A DNA stretch of 64,000 bases from Takakia lepidozioides (Eukaryota; Plantae; Bryophyta), in NCBI GenBank assembly GCA_030704615.1, contig CM060733.1:18166001-18230000 (forward strand). Direction: 5' to 3'. The position numbers were made by a program, and so were the translations under genes. This document shows, piece by piece, positions 37,427 through 48,183 of the stretch (position 1 is its first letter; the number at the start of each line of letters is the position of its first letter). A model generated the notes under the pieces. That model made no database searches, was not told the DNA's origin, and saw nothing but the letters and a program-made list of their open reading frames with translations.

Positions 37427-39839
37427 ATGGCGGAAAACCCGAGCGCTACAGTGTACTGCCCTCCTCACGAGCATAGAGCTTCATTTCCGTGCAGAGGGGC
37501 ACACCTGCCGGGTGATGGAGAAATATCTGTGCGTTCGATACCACCTGAAACCGGGGTCGGTTTTTTTGGAGGAGGAAAGGAAGGACTCAAACGGCCTTGT
37601 TGTCGAGAGTATTGTTGTGCTCCACGATGATTTCGGCGATGGCAGGGAATGGCGAGTTCCACCATCGGACAGCGTCATATACAGGGCTGTTGGGGACTTC
37701 ATTTGCCCGCCAAATGCACCGTCTATCCTGGCGCCTTCCACGAAACAATCCGCGAATCAGAGAGTGGGTACCTCAAAGAGAGAAGTCCGCAACGAAGTAA
37801 ATCTAGAGCCGAACCCATCCATGAAGACGACCGAGAACCGGGTTGTTCACAACCTGTCCGACTCAGACGAGTCATGGAAGTTCCGAGGTCATCCTGGAGA
37901 TCAGGCAAGTCCTCAATGGACGTCAGTGGAGGAGGGAGTCATATTCCCAGCACGAGCACCGCAGTTCGATCTATTCTAGAAATTCTGCGAGGGCTTCACC
38001 TGGAAGGACACCGGTCGGAGCTGGCCGGGCTGGACTACAGCGTTCACAATTAAATCGGTTACATGCCTTCCCGCCGACGTCGACGGTAATATCTTCTTTG
38101 AGTTCCCTCCTCGGGCGGACTACTCGAGGGCGTCCGGAATGTTGACAGATATGGATAGAAAATGACGGTCATCCTTGGTGCGTTACCAAAACCACCAGCA
38201 TGAAGATGCTGATGGTGTGCGGTGCGCTACGTTGTTGTGCGGGCGCGTTGCGGTGTTTCTCTCCCAACTTGCTTCCACTTTAAATCCAGAGGTCACAGGA
38301 ACGAGACCGATTGGACAGGCACAGCTCACCAACCATTTCGAGCTCAGGAGAAGGTTCCGAACTCCACATTTAAGTGTGCGCATTGCAAAGAACCACCACA
38401 CTGCATGTCTGTTTGTAATGCCAAGCAGTTCTATGTGTTGCACCGTTTTCCTGACCTCACCCGAGCTTGCATACACGTTGGTTCCCATTGTCACAAATTG
38501 GCGAGGGGGGAACTCGCGGGAGGCTGCCCACGAAGCAGAGCAGCTCGTTCAGGAGGAGGTTAAGTTGAGACCGGGTGCCAAACCCAAACAGATACAGCTC
38601 CAAGCCGCCCATAAGATGGCATTGGCCAGAATTATGTCGGAAGACGGCTCCGATAGAGTTCCTCTCGACGAGAAGGAATGGAGGCATTGCTGGAGTCGGT
38701 GTCCCACGTATGTTTCACCGAATGTCCGAAACCACATTGTCTCATGCAAACAGAAAATTGGGCGTGGCTCGGATATGCACTCCATTCTGGAGGTGAAGCG
38801 ACGATGTGGATATGACTACATTCATGGAAGTAGGTTTCCAGGACAAGGGACTGAGGCAGATCGTTGTTTCGTATCAAATGTCCACGTGTGGACCTGGCAG
38901 TGGCGTCGAACTGGTCGACAGGATGACGAGTGGAACTTGTCAAACAGTTGGGTCATGTTCGACCATATCAAGCGAATTAACAAATCACCAGTGGGTGACA
39001 ATGGGTGCACATGTCTACGACACCCACTGCAGGATGCTAATGACAATTGCTATTTGTGAGATGAAAGGAGAGGACACCAATCGGAGATGCTTCTTTGGCA
39101 GGGAATAAACGAACAGATGGCCAAGGCGGGATTGCCCCCTCCCAATTTCCGTGGTTTCATGGCGGACAACGCACAAGCAAATTGGGCTGCCATCCGAAGG
39201 GTGTACGGGCAAGACCCCAATGTTCCCATGGAAGGCAAGGAGAGATCTTGTGGGTTCCATTTTCTGCAGAGCCTTTCGCAGTACACACCAGGCTCGTGGC
39301 GCCAGATTTCAGAGAGGAGCACCGTTCCATGTGCCTTGCGTGGAAGCGCGCTCCCACCTTGGATGATGCAGAGACACAGTTTGCATGCATACGGGCTTGG
39401 TGGACATCGTCAGGTGCTGTAAGGAAATCAGACGAGGGAGCAATGGTCAGTTGGCTAGCATGGTGGCATTATCGTTTCCTCCAGTTCAGCGACTATATGC
39501 GGGAGGTGAGTTGCACGAATTCGCGTCCGTTGGATATTATTCTTGGCCATATTTGTAACTTTGCTTGTAACCTGAACCTGCTTGTGCAGGAAATGTGGTT
39601 CGACTCCGACACCGACATGCCCACGACAAACATGGCCGAATCAGTGCACTCTTCTGCGTGCCTCTCTGCGGCGCATCTGGTGGACATCCTCACTGCACAA
39701 CGGAGGACATTGTGAGGTCAATTAATGCAGCAATGCAGTACAACGAGTTCTTGAAAGGGAAACAGTGGCTTGGGGCCGGACAGGCAGAAATGCTGATGCG
39801 ACTGCCTCCAGATCGAAGGAATCCTCGTAAGTGGGGGCG
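37427..39839 (+). CDS. Mutator-superfamily DDE transposase with N-terminal GCM/WRKY-like Cys/His Zn domain (frameshifted, truncated by the gap)
   Basis: Zn region DGHPW...RNETDWTG...CAHCKEPPHCMSVCNAKQFY...RACIHVGSHCH. Catalytic core WVMFDHIKR...AHVYD, FRGFMADNAQANW, SCGFHF (CxxH) and TTNMAESVH. Intron at 39506-39589. The start codon is uncertain. Confidence 0.85.
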
Positions 39840-40339
39840 NNNNNNNNNNNNNNNNNNNNNNNNNNNNNNNNNNNNNNNNNNNNNNNNNNNNNNNNNNNNN
39901 NNNNNNNNNNNNNNNNNNNNNNNNNNNNNNNNNNNNNNNNNNNNNNNNNNNNNNNNNNNNNNNNNNNNNNNNNNNNNNNNNNNNNNNNNNNNNNNNNNNN
40001 NNNNNNNNNNNNNNNNNNNNNNNNNNNNNNNNNNNNNNNNNNNNNNNNNNNNNNNNNNNNNNNNNNNNNNNNNNNNNNNNNNNNNNNNNNNNNNNNNNNN
40101 NNNNNNNNNNNNNNNNNNNNNNNNNNNNNNNNNNNNNNNNNNNNNNNNNNNNNNNNNNNNNNNNNNNNNNNNNNNNNNNNNNNNNNNNNNNNNNNNNNNN
40201 NNNNNNNNNNNNNNNNNNNNNNNNNNNNNNNNNNNNNNNNNNNNNNNNNNNNNNNNNNNNNNNNNNNNNNNNNNNNNNNNNNNNNNNNNNNNNNNNNNNN
40301 NNNNNNNNNNNNNNNNNNNNNNNNNNNNNNNNNNNNNNN
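39840..40339. other. Assembly gap (500 N, placeholder size)
   Basis: Run of N. The sequences on the two sides are unrelated. Confidence 1.
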
Positions 40340-40605
40340 AAAATGCAACGTTGCGTATAGAATACAGCAGACTACACCAAAGCACCAATTTGGATCCGCA
40401 ATGTAACTTGCCTATTACATGGCATCCATTCATCAGTAAGGCCAAAAACCTCGACTTGCTGTCTTACAAATAACAAAGGTGATCATGCTTGGTGATGAGA
40501 ACATCAGGTCAAAAATTGCTCCATTCAGCGGATCTCCTCAAATACCAGAATCGTTCTCTTCGTAGGGTACTGAGATTTGGCAGCCTTCCCGTAACCAAGG
40601 TAAAA

Positions 40606-41518
40606 CTAATCCCTGTCCACATTGATTCCATTTTCAATAACGGTCCCCACAATGGCCGCCAGTCGACCCTCATACTTCTCCCCCTTCCGAAGCTCAAACA
40701 GAACGGAATAAACATCGGCCTCCTTAGCCCTCTCCGCCAGAGTCTGCCCTATGATCTTGCATGCAGAGAAATCCTTGTACGATTTCAGTTTGCTGCGAAA
40801 TTCCTTCGCATTCGTGTTTGCAACTGCGACCACTTTGCTGGTAACGCGATGCATAATGCTGGAATGGATGTACTTAGTAGACAGAAAGACATCAAGCACA
40901 AAGGGCCTCATATATTTTTCGGTCCGTACTTTGAAGGATTTCTTGCCATTGTTCTTTTTTTTCTCCTCTACCTCCTTCTTCTTGGAGTTCCAATGCGGAA
41001 TTTCCGCCTCCACGGCCTGTCCATCATAACCATCGTCCCAAGCAGTGCCATAATCGTCCTCGTCCATCTCACCTGCTCGGCCACACCTCTGTAATCCCCG
41101 GAAAAACCATATCCCCGTCAAATGCTGAGCACGCAATCTACATTCTAAGTAATGGTACTCCTTTGAAGGAGAACATAGGGCAAACAATCTCCCCATGAGT
41201 GCATTTTATGCCCGCCCTCCATTCTGCTTCTCTCTCTTTCTCTCCTTTACAGTAGATGGATTTAGCCTTGAGCTACTGCATCAGAAACTTAACCTGAAAT
41301 CAACCACAGTTGGAGAGAGTAAGTGATCTTGATAAGCACACCTCCCAGCCACCTGTATTTTTCCTTCCACTTCCACTGCGAGTGACGTACTCCATTGAAG
41401 AGTCCCATGGTAGAGGAGTTGTATCACGAGACAAGTTGAGAAGAAGAGAGTGGTCCACAAGGTACCGCGCTGCTGCAGTTGCTCTGCCGTTGCTCTGCAA
41501 GGCCCTCAGGCCCGCCAT
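40606..41518 (-). CDS. Organellar uL18-like (L18p/L5e family) protein, similar to the HEART STOPPER-type uL18-like proteins; probably 2 exons
   Basis: PFVLDVFLSTKYIHSSIMHRVTSKVVAVANTNAKE...ACKIIGQTLAERAKEADVY...KYEGRLAAIVGTVIENGINV. A presequence-like first exon MAGLRALQSNGRATAAAR starts at 41518; exact splice sites are uncertain. Confidence 0.85.
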
Positions 41519-41804
41519 AGCTTCCCAGCTCCAAACTGTGCAGCAGGGTTTGCAGAAACTATCCTCGGACGTCGGTTCATTGACGAACACGAACGTCGAC
41601 CCCTTCAACGGACACCCTACCTACAAACGAATTCACGACGATAGGGTGACGATGACGCAGGATCGTTGAGAAGTTCCTTCGTTCTGATATCCGCTCGACG
41701 TTCGTTGACAATCTCCACGTAGGAGATTGTACCTTATCAGGTCTAGTCGTCTAGCGTCTGTCTACTCGTCTCTCTGCCCATATCCGTTTCTTCCTGTTGC
41801 AGCT
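41519..41804. promoter_or_regulatory. Short bidirectional promoter region between the uL18-like and FIP-like genes
   Basis: The divergent predicted ATGs are 286 bp apart. The region is CpG-rich and contains a CACGT core at about 41716. Confidence 0.55.
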
Positions 41805-42900
41805 ATGGCGTCTCTCTCTCTCATCCAAGCGCCTAATATCAGCGGACCAGTGGTGGCTCTGGCAAATTCAGCTACCCGTTCTCTCTCCCATCCTCTCCGC
41901 CTTTCTGGTTTCTCGAAATCGCGGGTTTCGTCCCAAAACTCGTCGTCATTGGGCCTGAAGAAGAGAGTTGGCAGGGGGCGCCCAGGAGTGGTTTGTGCAG
42001 CTGGGGATGTTTCTGCAGCTGGCACAAACTATTTGATTGCTGGAGCTGTGGCCATAGCTTTGATCGGAACAGCTCTTCCAGTTCTGTTTTCACGAAAGGA
42101 TCTGTGAGTCAGTTGACCCACTGCTGCAGAAGTCTCGATTTATGTAGGAGCTGTAAGTGTTTTGATTCTATTTGCTGTGATGCTAATCAATAAGACACTC
42201 GACATTACATAGAGGAGGTCTTGGCTCTTATTACTAGCAATGCCACCTCCACCATTCTGCTGGCAGTTGCATCCTTCTCGGAACTAGATGTTTACTGAGG
42301 CCAGAACGAGTATTTCTATATTGTGACAATGACGTGCGTGTTGAATGGCTGAACTAGGCTAGTATTCTCTCACAATGTTTCTCCAATTTGCAGTAAATGG
42401 GTTCATAAGATATTCTCTGTACCAGTGCAGTACATTGGTACACTCTTAAGTTTCCCGAGCAGTCAGTCGCTTTAATTGATTTTCTCTTTTCTCTTTTCTC
42501 TCTCTCCCTGTAAGCAAAATGTGCATCATGAAGCTTGCTCATGGGAGGGCTTGCTGGCTTGGCGTGGGTGAAGGTGCCCTGACTGTGACGGGGCGGGTTT
42601 CATCAGGGCGCCAAATTCTGGCGCTCTTAAGGCCAATGCTGCGAGGAAGGACCTTGCTCAGATCGTATGCAAAAGATGCAATGGGCTTGGCAAAATTGGT
42701 ACGTCTCTATCTTGACTGGGTCCGAAGAGATGAAGACCTTCTCAAGTCCTCCAAGGGGTCAGGCCACAGTCTCTCCAGGAACATTTGTACAAGACCTGCT
42801 TTTCAATATGCACAAAGACCATGTCTACTTTGTTAACCTCATACTCACCACTTCCAAGCTGATGGCTGTTGTGTCTGCAGGTCAAATTGACAAAGTCTAA
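41805..42900 (+). CDS. FIP: Thylakoid DnaJ-type zinc-finger protein, FtsH5-interacting protein (FIP)-like; 3 exons
   Basis: Exons 41805-42103, 42574-42698 and 42881-42900 encode a Ser/Arg-rich transit peptide, TM helix YLIAGAVAIALIGTALPVLF, and CPDCDGAG...KANAARKD..QIVCKRCNGLGKIGQIDKV* (two CxxCxGxG). Confidence 0.85.
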
Positions 42901-43653
42901 ATGCGAGTGGACGGCCTAAGGCTACTCAAAGGATGTGAAGCTTAGATCTGAGCAGTGGAGAACACTTCATTTCATGTGTAAATACAAGCTCAGGGAGCAT
43001 TGTGTGGGTTGTATCTTGAGATCTTTCTGATTGAATTGACCTCTCAAAATACATTTTGTGAGAGTCTCTTCCTATGTCATTTGCTTTTGAAGAAAAACAA
43101 ATCCCAAAACATGCTTAATTGAATCCATGAACTATTTGGTGATGTGCCCCCACCAATCAGCAGCTAGTCCTTATCTCCAATCACATTGTGCGTCATCACG
43201 GGAAGAGTACACCTCCCGCTTGGCGAGACTGCCTCTTACTATGACAGTCAGTAGGTGGAGGCCGGGTTCTAACCTGCTCCATCCCCCTCCTTTGCAGAAG
43301 GCAAATGGAGCACAGGCCAGGCCCTTCTATCCTCTCTGCTTTTTTTTTCCATCTAGCTCTTGGACGATTTAGATGCAGTCAGGCTTTGACGTCCCGGTTG
43401 CCCAGGACGCCCCGGTTCCACGGAACACTTGATCCATCCTCCGATCTCAGGCATTTATCTACCTCCCGGCTATTACCCTTTTACGTTTGTCTGTTGATGT
43501 TTGGGACCTTTTCCAACACATTTACAAAAAAAGTCATGAATGTTCGTCGGCATCTTTAAGAAAAATTGGCCTCCATCAAGTTCAAGAACCAGTGCGAGCA
43601 AGGAGCTGGTCCACCGCCATTTAATGGAGACAAACAAGGTACAGCTCCAAGAG

Positions 43654-46600
43654 TGTTGGAAGTAATTAAACATATCTAGAAGACTAAGAGTCTTGAAGGT
43701 CAAAGGTTTAGAAGTCTAAGAGACTATCTTGTTTAACTCACCTTTGGAAGGTGAATGGCTAGAAGGTGGATGGTCACTATAGTGGAAGTGGAAATGACCA
43801 AGTAGGACTTCCTAGAGACCTTCTTGTACAAGCTCGGGGGTGAAGCCACTAGTCTAAGTGTAAGAGTATGATGGTGGTTTCTATGGTTGGGAGGAGAGCT
43901 TTAGTTTTAGCTGTAGTCTAAGACTTTAGTTCTTGTTCATGTTCTTGCTCAATTCTAACATGGGATCAGAGCCACTCTTCTCTAGGTGAGAGTTGGTAGT
44001 TGAGATTGAGAGAACTTGATTATGGCTAGAGCGTCATCTTCTAGCAATCCTCCTTCTATGTCTATGACGAGTGCATTAGATGTGAGAGTGGAAGATCGAT
44101 TCAATGGAGCTAACTATCAAACCTAGAAGTTTAGGATGGAGATGGTCCTTCTAGACAAAGATCTATGGGGAGTGGTTGATGGATCAGTCCCAAGACCTGA
44201 CACTATTGTTGGCCAAGCAATATGGGATAGGAAAGATCAGAAAACAAGAGCTAGCATCATCACAAGCTTGAGAGACAATCAGTTGCATCTCATTATAAGT
44301 GCTAAAAATGCTAAGGATGTTTGGGACAAGCTAGCAAGCATATATGAGACGAAGGATGTCACATCGCAAGTGGGAACTAATGTGACTGATGAACACGTCG
44401 CAGTGGTGTTATTGGCAACATTACCTGAATTTTGTGGTGTCTCTAGCAGGACAAACCAGCTTAATTATTGATGTTGTCATAGGACTTCTCCTCAATGAGG
44501 AAACAAGAAGAAAATGTCAAGGTACGTCTACAGAGGTAGACAGAGCTTTGTTCACAGGCAAGACTGGAGTAGTCTTGAATAGAAGACTCCCTTCACATGT
44601 ATCTCAGAAGTCCCAGAGGTTTCAAAAACCTCAATCTAGCTCAAAGATCAAAAAGGCCAAAGTAAGGTGCTTTTATTGCAAGAAACTTGGTCACATGATC
44701 AAGGATTGTAGAAAGCGCATTGCAGATGAGCGCAGCAGAGAGAGTCAAGGGAACATAGCTACTCATCAGAGGAACGCTATTCTATTTGTTGTGTCTCTCT
44801 CAGCCACTCCTAGACAGAAGCATGTGTGGTATGTTGATTCAGGAGCATCTCAACATATGAGTTCAGAGAGAGAGCATTTCTTATCATATAGATCTCTTTT
44901 ACCTACACAATATGTTCTTTTGGGAGATGATAGCAAGCATGTCATTGGTGGGGAATGCTCAGTCTCTCTTATGCTCAATGAAGGGGAAATCATAGAGGTG
45001 GAAAATGTCCTACATGTCCATACTTTAACAAAGAACCTGCTGCCTGTAAGGCAAATTGTTGCAAAGGGATACAAAGTGGTATTCCAAAATGAGAGTTGTA
45101 ATACAGATAGCAGGAGCTGTGGTAGTAAGAGCTATTCTTGAGGAGCTGTGGTAGTAAGAGCTATTCTTGATAATTGCTTGTATAGATTACCACATCATGT
45201 CTCTAATGCTCTTACCACATTTTCACCACAGTTGGGATCTACACCTGTCATATCAAAAACAGAGTTGTGGCATAGAAGGTTAGGTCATGTGAGCATTAAG
45301 AAGTTGAGACAGATGCAACTCTTAAGCCATCTTGTGGAAGGACTACCATTGAAGGAGATGAACGATATGCGTCTATGCAAAGGTTGTTTGGAAGGGAAGC
45401 AACATCGAGGTCAATTTCCTAAGGATGGTGGACAAAGAGCCACAAGTATATTGGAGATTGTACATTCTGATGTGTGCGGGCCAATGCAAACCACATCACT
45501 TGGAGGAGCAAGGTACTTTGTGACATTCATTGATGATTTGTCAAGGAGGGTTGTGGTGAATTTCCTAAGGCAGAAAAGTCAAGTGCTAGAGAAATTCAAA
45601 GAGTTCAAAGTACTTGTAGAAAAACAAACTGGAAAGCCTCTTAAGATTTTGAGATCTGACAATGGTGGTAAGTATATCTCAAAGGCTTTCAAGAATAGTC
45701 GTGGTGCTTGAACTGACAGTTTTGTCAAGAGAATGGAATAGCTTGACAGCTTACTGTTCTATATACACCTGAGCAGAATGATGTAGTTGAGCAGAATGGT
45801 GTAGCTGAGCGAACACTACAACAGATCGCGGTATTTATGACTGTATATATGACTATTCTGCAGTCATAAACGGTACATATGACTTCTATGACTGTAAGTC
45901 GTGCAAACCAAGTCAATAAAATGAGTACAGGATGGTACGGTCTGGATGACTACAGTCATATGAACCAAGTGATATCTCTCACTGCAGTCATATATACCAT
46001 ACTGCAGCCGCCGCTGCCGCGCCACGTGGCGAGGCGCAATTGATTTAAAAAATTAAATTAAATTAAAAAAACTGAAAAAATAAAAACATATGTCAAACGC
46101 CGCGTCGCACCGCATTGTGCCACGTGGCATAATGCATTTTATAATAATGAAAAAACCACGTGGCAGTCCATCTACGGTACCACGTACTATCCCTAGCTTA
46201 CCTACTAACCCTAAGGCCATCTTATCCATTTGATTGTACTGAGAGGAGTTTGAACTTGCAACCTCTTTACTATAAGAGTTATAGTTCACTACCTATTAAC
46301 CAATACACCCATTAGTCATTCATGTAATCATATGGTGTTTTAATTGTATTATACACACCAAATTAGAAAATCCCCAGTAGTCATCATGACTATGTAACCT
46401 CATCCATGTACACTGTAGTCATGGAAATGACTATGAATGATGAGCTAAATCTGGTCAATTGCCGTTGACCAGCCTTCCGCCCATTCCGGAGCCATGTAGT
46501 CATACAGACGACTATTTAGATAGTCGTTCATATGACTACAGTCGTATGAACGACTGCGGGAGGTCAATTTCATATAAAAACATGGTGCAGTCATGGTCAA

Positions 46601-48183
46601 AGTTATGAAAACCATGACTACCATGGTTTGGCAGTCATAACTACCGCGATCTGTTGTAGTGAGATGAATAGATCACTGCGAGAATTTGCAAGGAGTATGT
46701 TGAAAGAAGTGAATATTTCAAATCATTTTTGGGCAGAAGCTGTTGGCACTGCAGCATATCTTCACAACAGAATACCTACCAAATCAGTGTTGGGAAAAAC
46801 ACCAGAAGAGGTATGGAGTGGTCAGAAGCCTAGAGTGGCTCATTGTAGGATTTTTGGATGTCGTGCATATGTCCATATTCCTACTCAGAAGCGAAGGGAG
46901 TGTTTGGGAAGGGATTAGGCACCGGGTAGGTACTTTGACGGCCCAGTTTGTCCTTTTGCATGATGACACCCACTTTTACAATATATGCACCGCGGTGTGC
47001 TTCGCCCTAGTGACCACATGTTCGCTTTTAAGCATGCCCCCGTCTTCCCCTGTCCGCGTGGCACATTCTCTGAGTTTGATTTCCAAGAAGGACATGAACC
47101 TTACAAAGGACATGACACCTAAGACTCAAGAAAAGCAGGAGGATATGATGAAAACTCTTTATCAAAGCGCAGTTGGCAGTTTGATGTATTGCATGGTTTA
47201 TACTAGGCCAGACATTGCACATTCAGTGGGAGTGGTTTCACAATTTCTTTCAAATCTCGGACAAACCGATTGGAAAGCAGTGAAGAGGATATTTCGATAT
47301 CTAAAATGAACATCAACCTCTGGTCTACTCTACAAGAAAGTGGAAGATCCAAGCTTGTTGGGGTTTGCTGATGCTGACTGGGCAGGAAACGTTGATAGTA
47401 GAAAATCAACTTCAGGCCATTGTTTTCTCCTAGCAGGTGGAGCTGTATCTTGGTCTAGCAAATGACAAGTTGCAACAGCGTTGTCATCAACAGAAGCTGA
47501 GTACATGTCCATTACACAAGCAGCAAATGAGGCTATTTGGTTACGGAAGTTGCTTGGAGATTTGGGTCATCTCCAATCACTACCTACGACTCTCTATTGT
47601 GACAATCAAAGTGCGATTGCACTGAGTCAGAATCCGAAGTATCATTCAAGGACGAAACACATTGAAGTGCAACATCACTACATACGGGAAGTTGTATGCA
47701 AGGGAGAGATCAATGTGATCTATTGTACTACAGGAGATATGATTGCGGATGTTTTGACGAAGAGTCTACCACAAACAAAACACATGAAGTGTTCAGCCTT
47801 ACTTGGTGTCTCTTCTCCAAAGACAAACGAAGTAGCTCAATGATATGGTTTAATTGAGTGGGAGTGTTGGAAGTAATTAAACATATCTAGAAGACTAAGA
47901 GTCTTGAAGGCCAAAGGTTTAGAAGTCTAAGAGACTATCTTGTTTAACTCACATTTGGAAGGTGAATGGCTAGAAGGTGGATGGTCACCATAGTGGAAGT
48001 GGAAGTGGAAGTGGAAGTGACCAAGTAGGACTTCCTAGAGACCTTCTTGTACAAGCTCGGGGGTGAAGCCACTAGTCTAAGTGTAAGAGTATGATGGTGG
48101 TTTCTATGGTTGGGAGGAGAGCTTTAGTTTTAGCTGTAGTCTAAGACTTTAGTTCTTGTTCATGTTCTTGCTCAATTCTAAGA
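43654..48183 (+). mobile_element. Ty1/Copia LTR retrotransposon with both LTRs, defective (most of RT deleted)
   Basis: LTRs 43654-43960 and 47865-48183, TSD AAGAG on both sides, PBS TGGGATCAGAGCC (tRNA-iMet type) at 43961, PPT GAGTGGGAG. Gag CFYCKKLGHMIKDC, protease WYVDSGAS, integrase WHRRLGH...HSDVCGP...RSDNGG, RNase H SSTEAEY...CDNQSAI...RTKHI...ADVLTK. Confidence 0.97.
45814..46661. mobile_element. Non-autonomous CACTA element (848 bp) inserted in the Copia integrase
   Basis: 30-bp TIR CACTACAACAGATCGCGGTA(T/G)TTATGACTG at both ends and ATGACT subterminal repeats. It splits the integrase motif NGVAER|MNR and leaves 3 extra bases (imperfect TSD gaa/aga). Confidence 0.95.

Larger units (their letters stand above)
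29682..39839. mobile_element. Large Mutator-like (MULE) element nested in the CACTA end, carrying a ParB-methyltransferase gene; right end lost in the gap
   Basis: Composition switches abruptly at GGGGGGCTGCTATTTCATGAG (29682), followed by short subterminal direct repeats (CATGAGC x4, CACGGAAATAGGGT x2). The unit holds two divergent genes and two related arrays. The partner TIR and TSD are not visible, so the left boundary is inferred. Confidence 0.6.

Noticed and set aside
29682-39839. Bacterial or phage contamination explaining the ParB-MTase
   Set aside because: The gene has multiple GT-AG introns, lies beside a eukaryotic MULE transposase and is contiguous with plant CACTA and PPR sequence.
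39595-40473. Long ORFs spanning the N run
   Set aside because: Artefacts of translating N.
40489-41094. 201-aa plus-strand ORF
   Set aside because: Antisense shadow of the uL18-like CDS.
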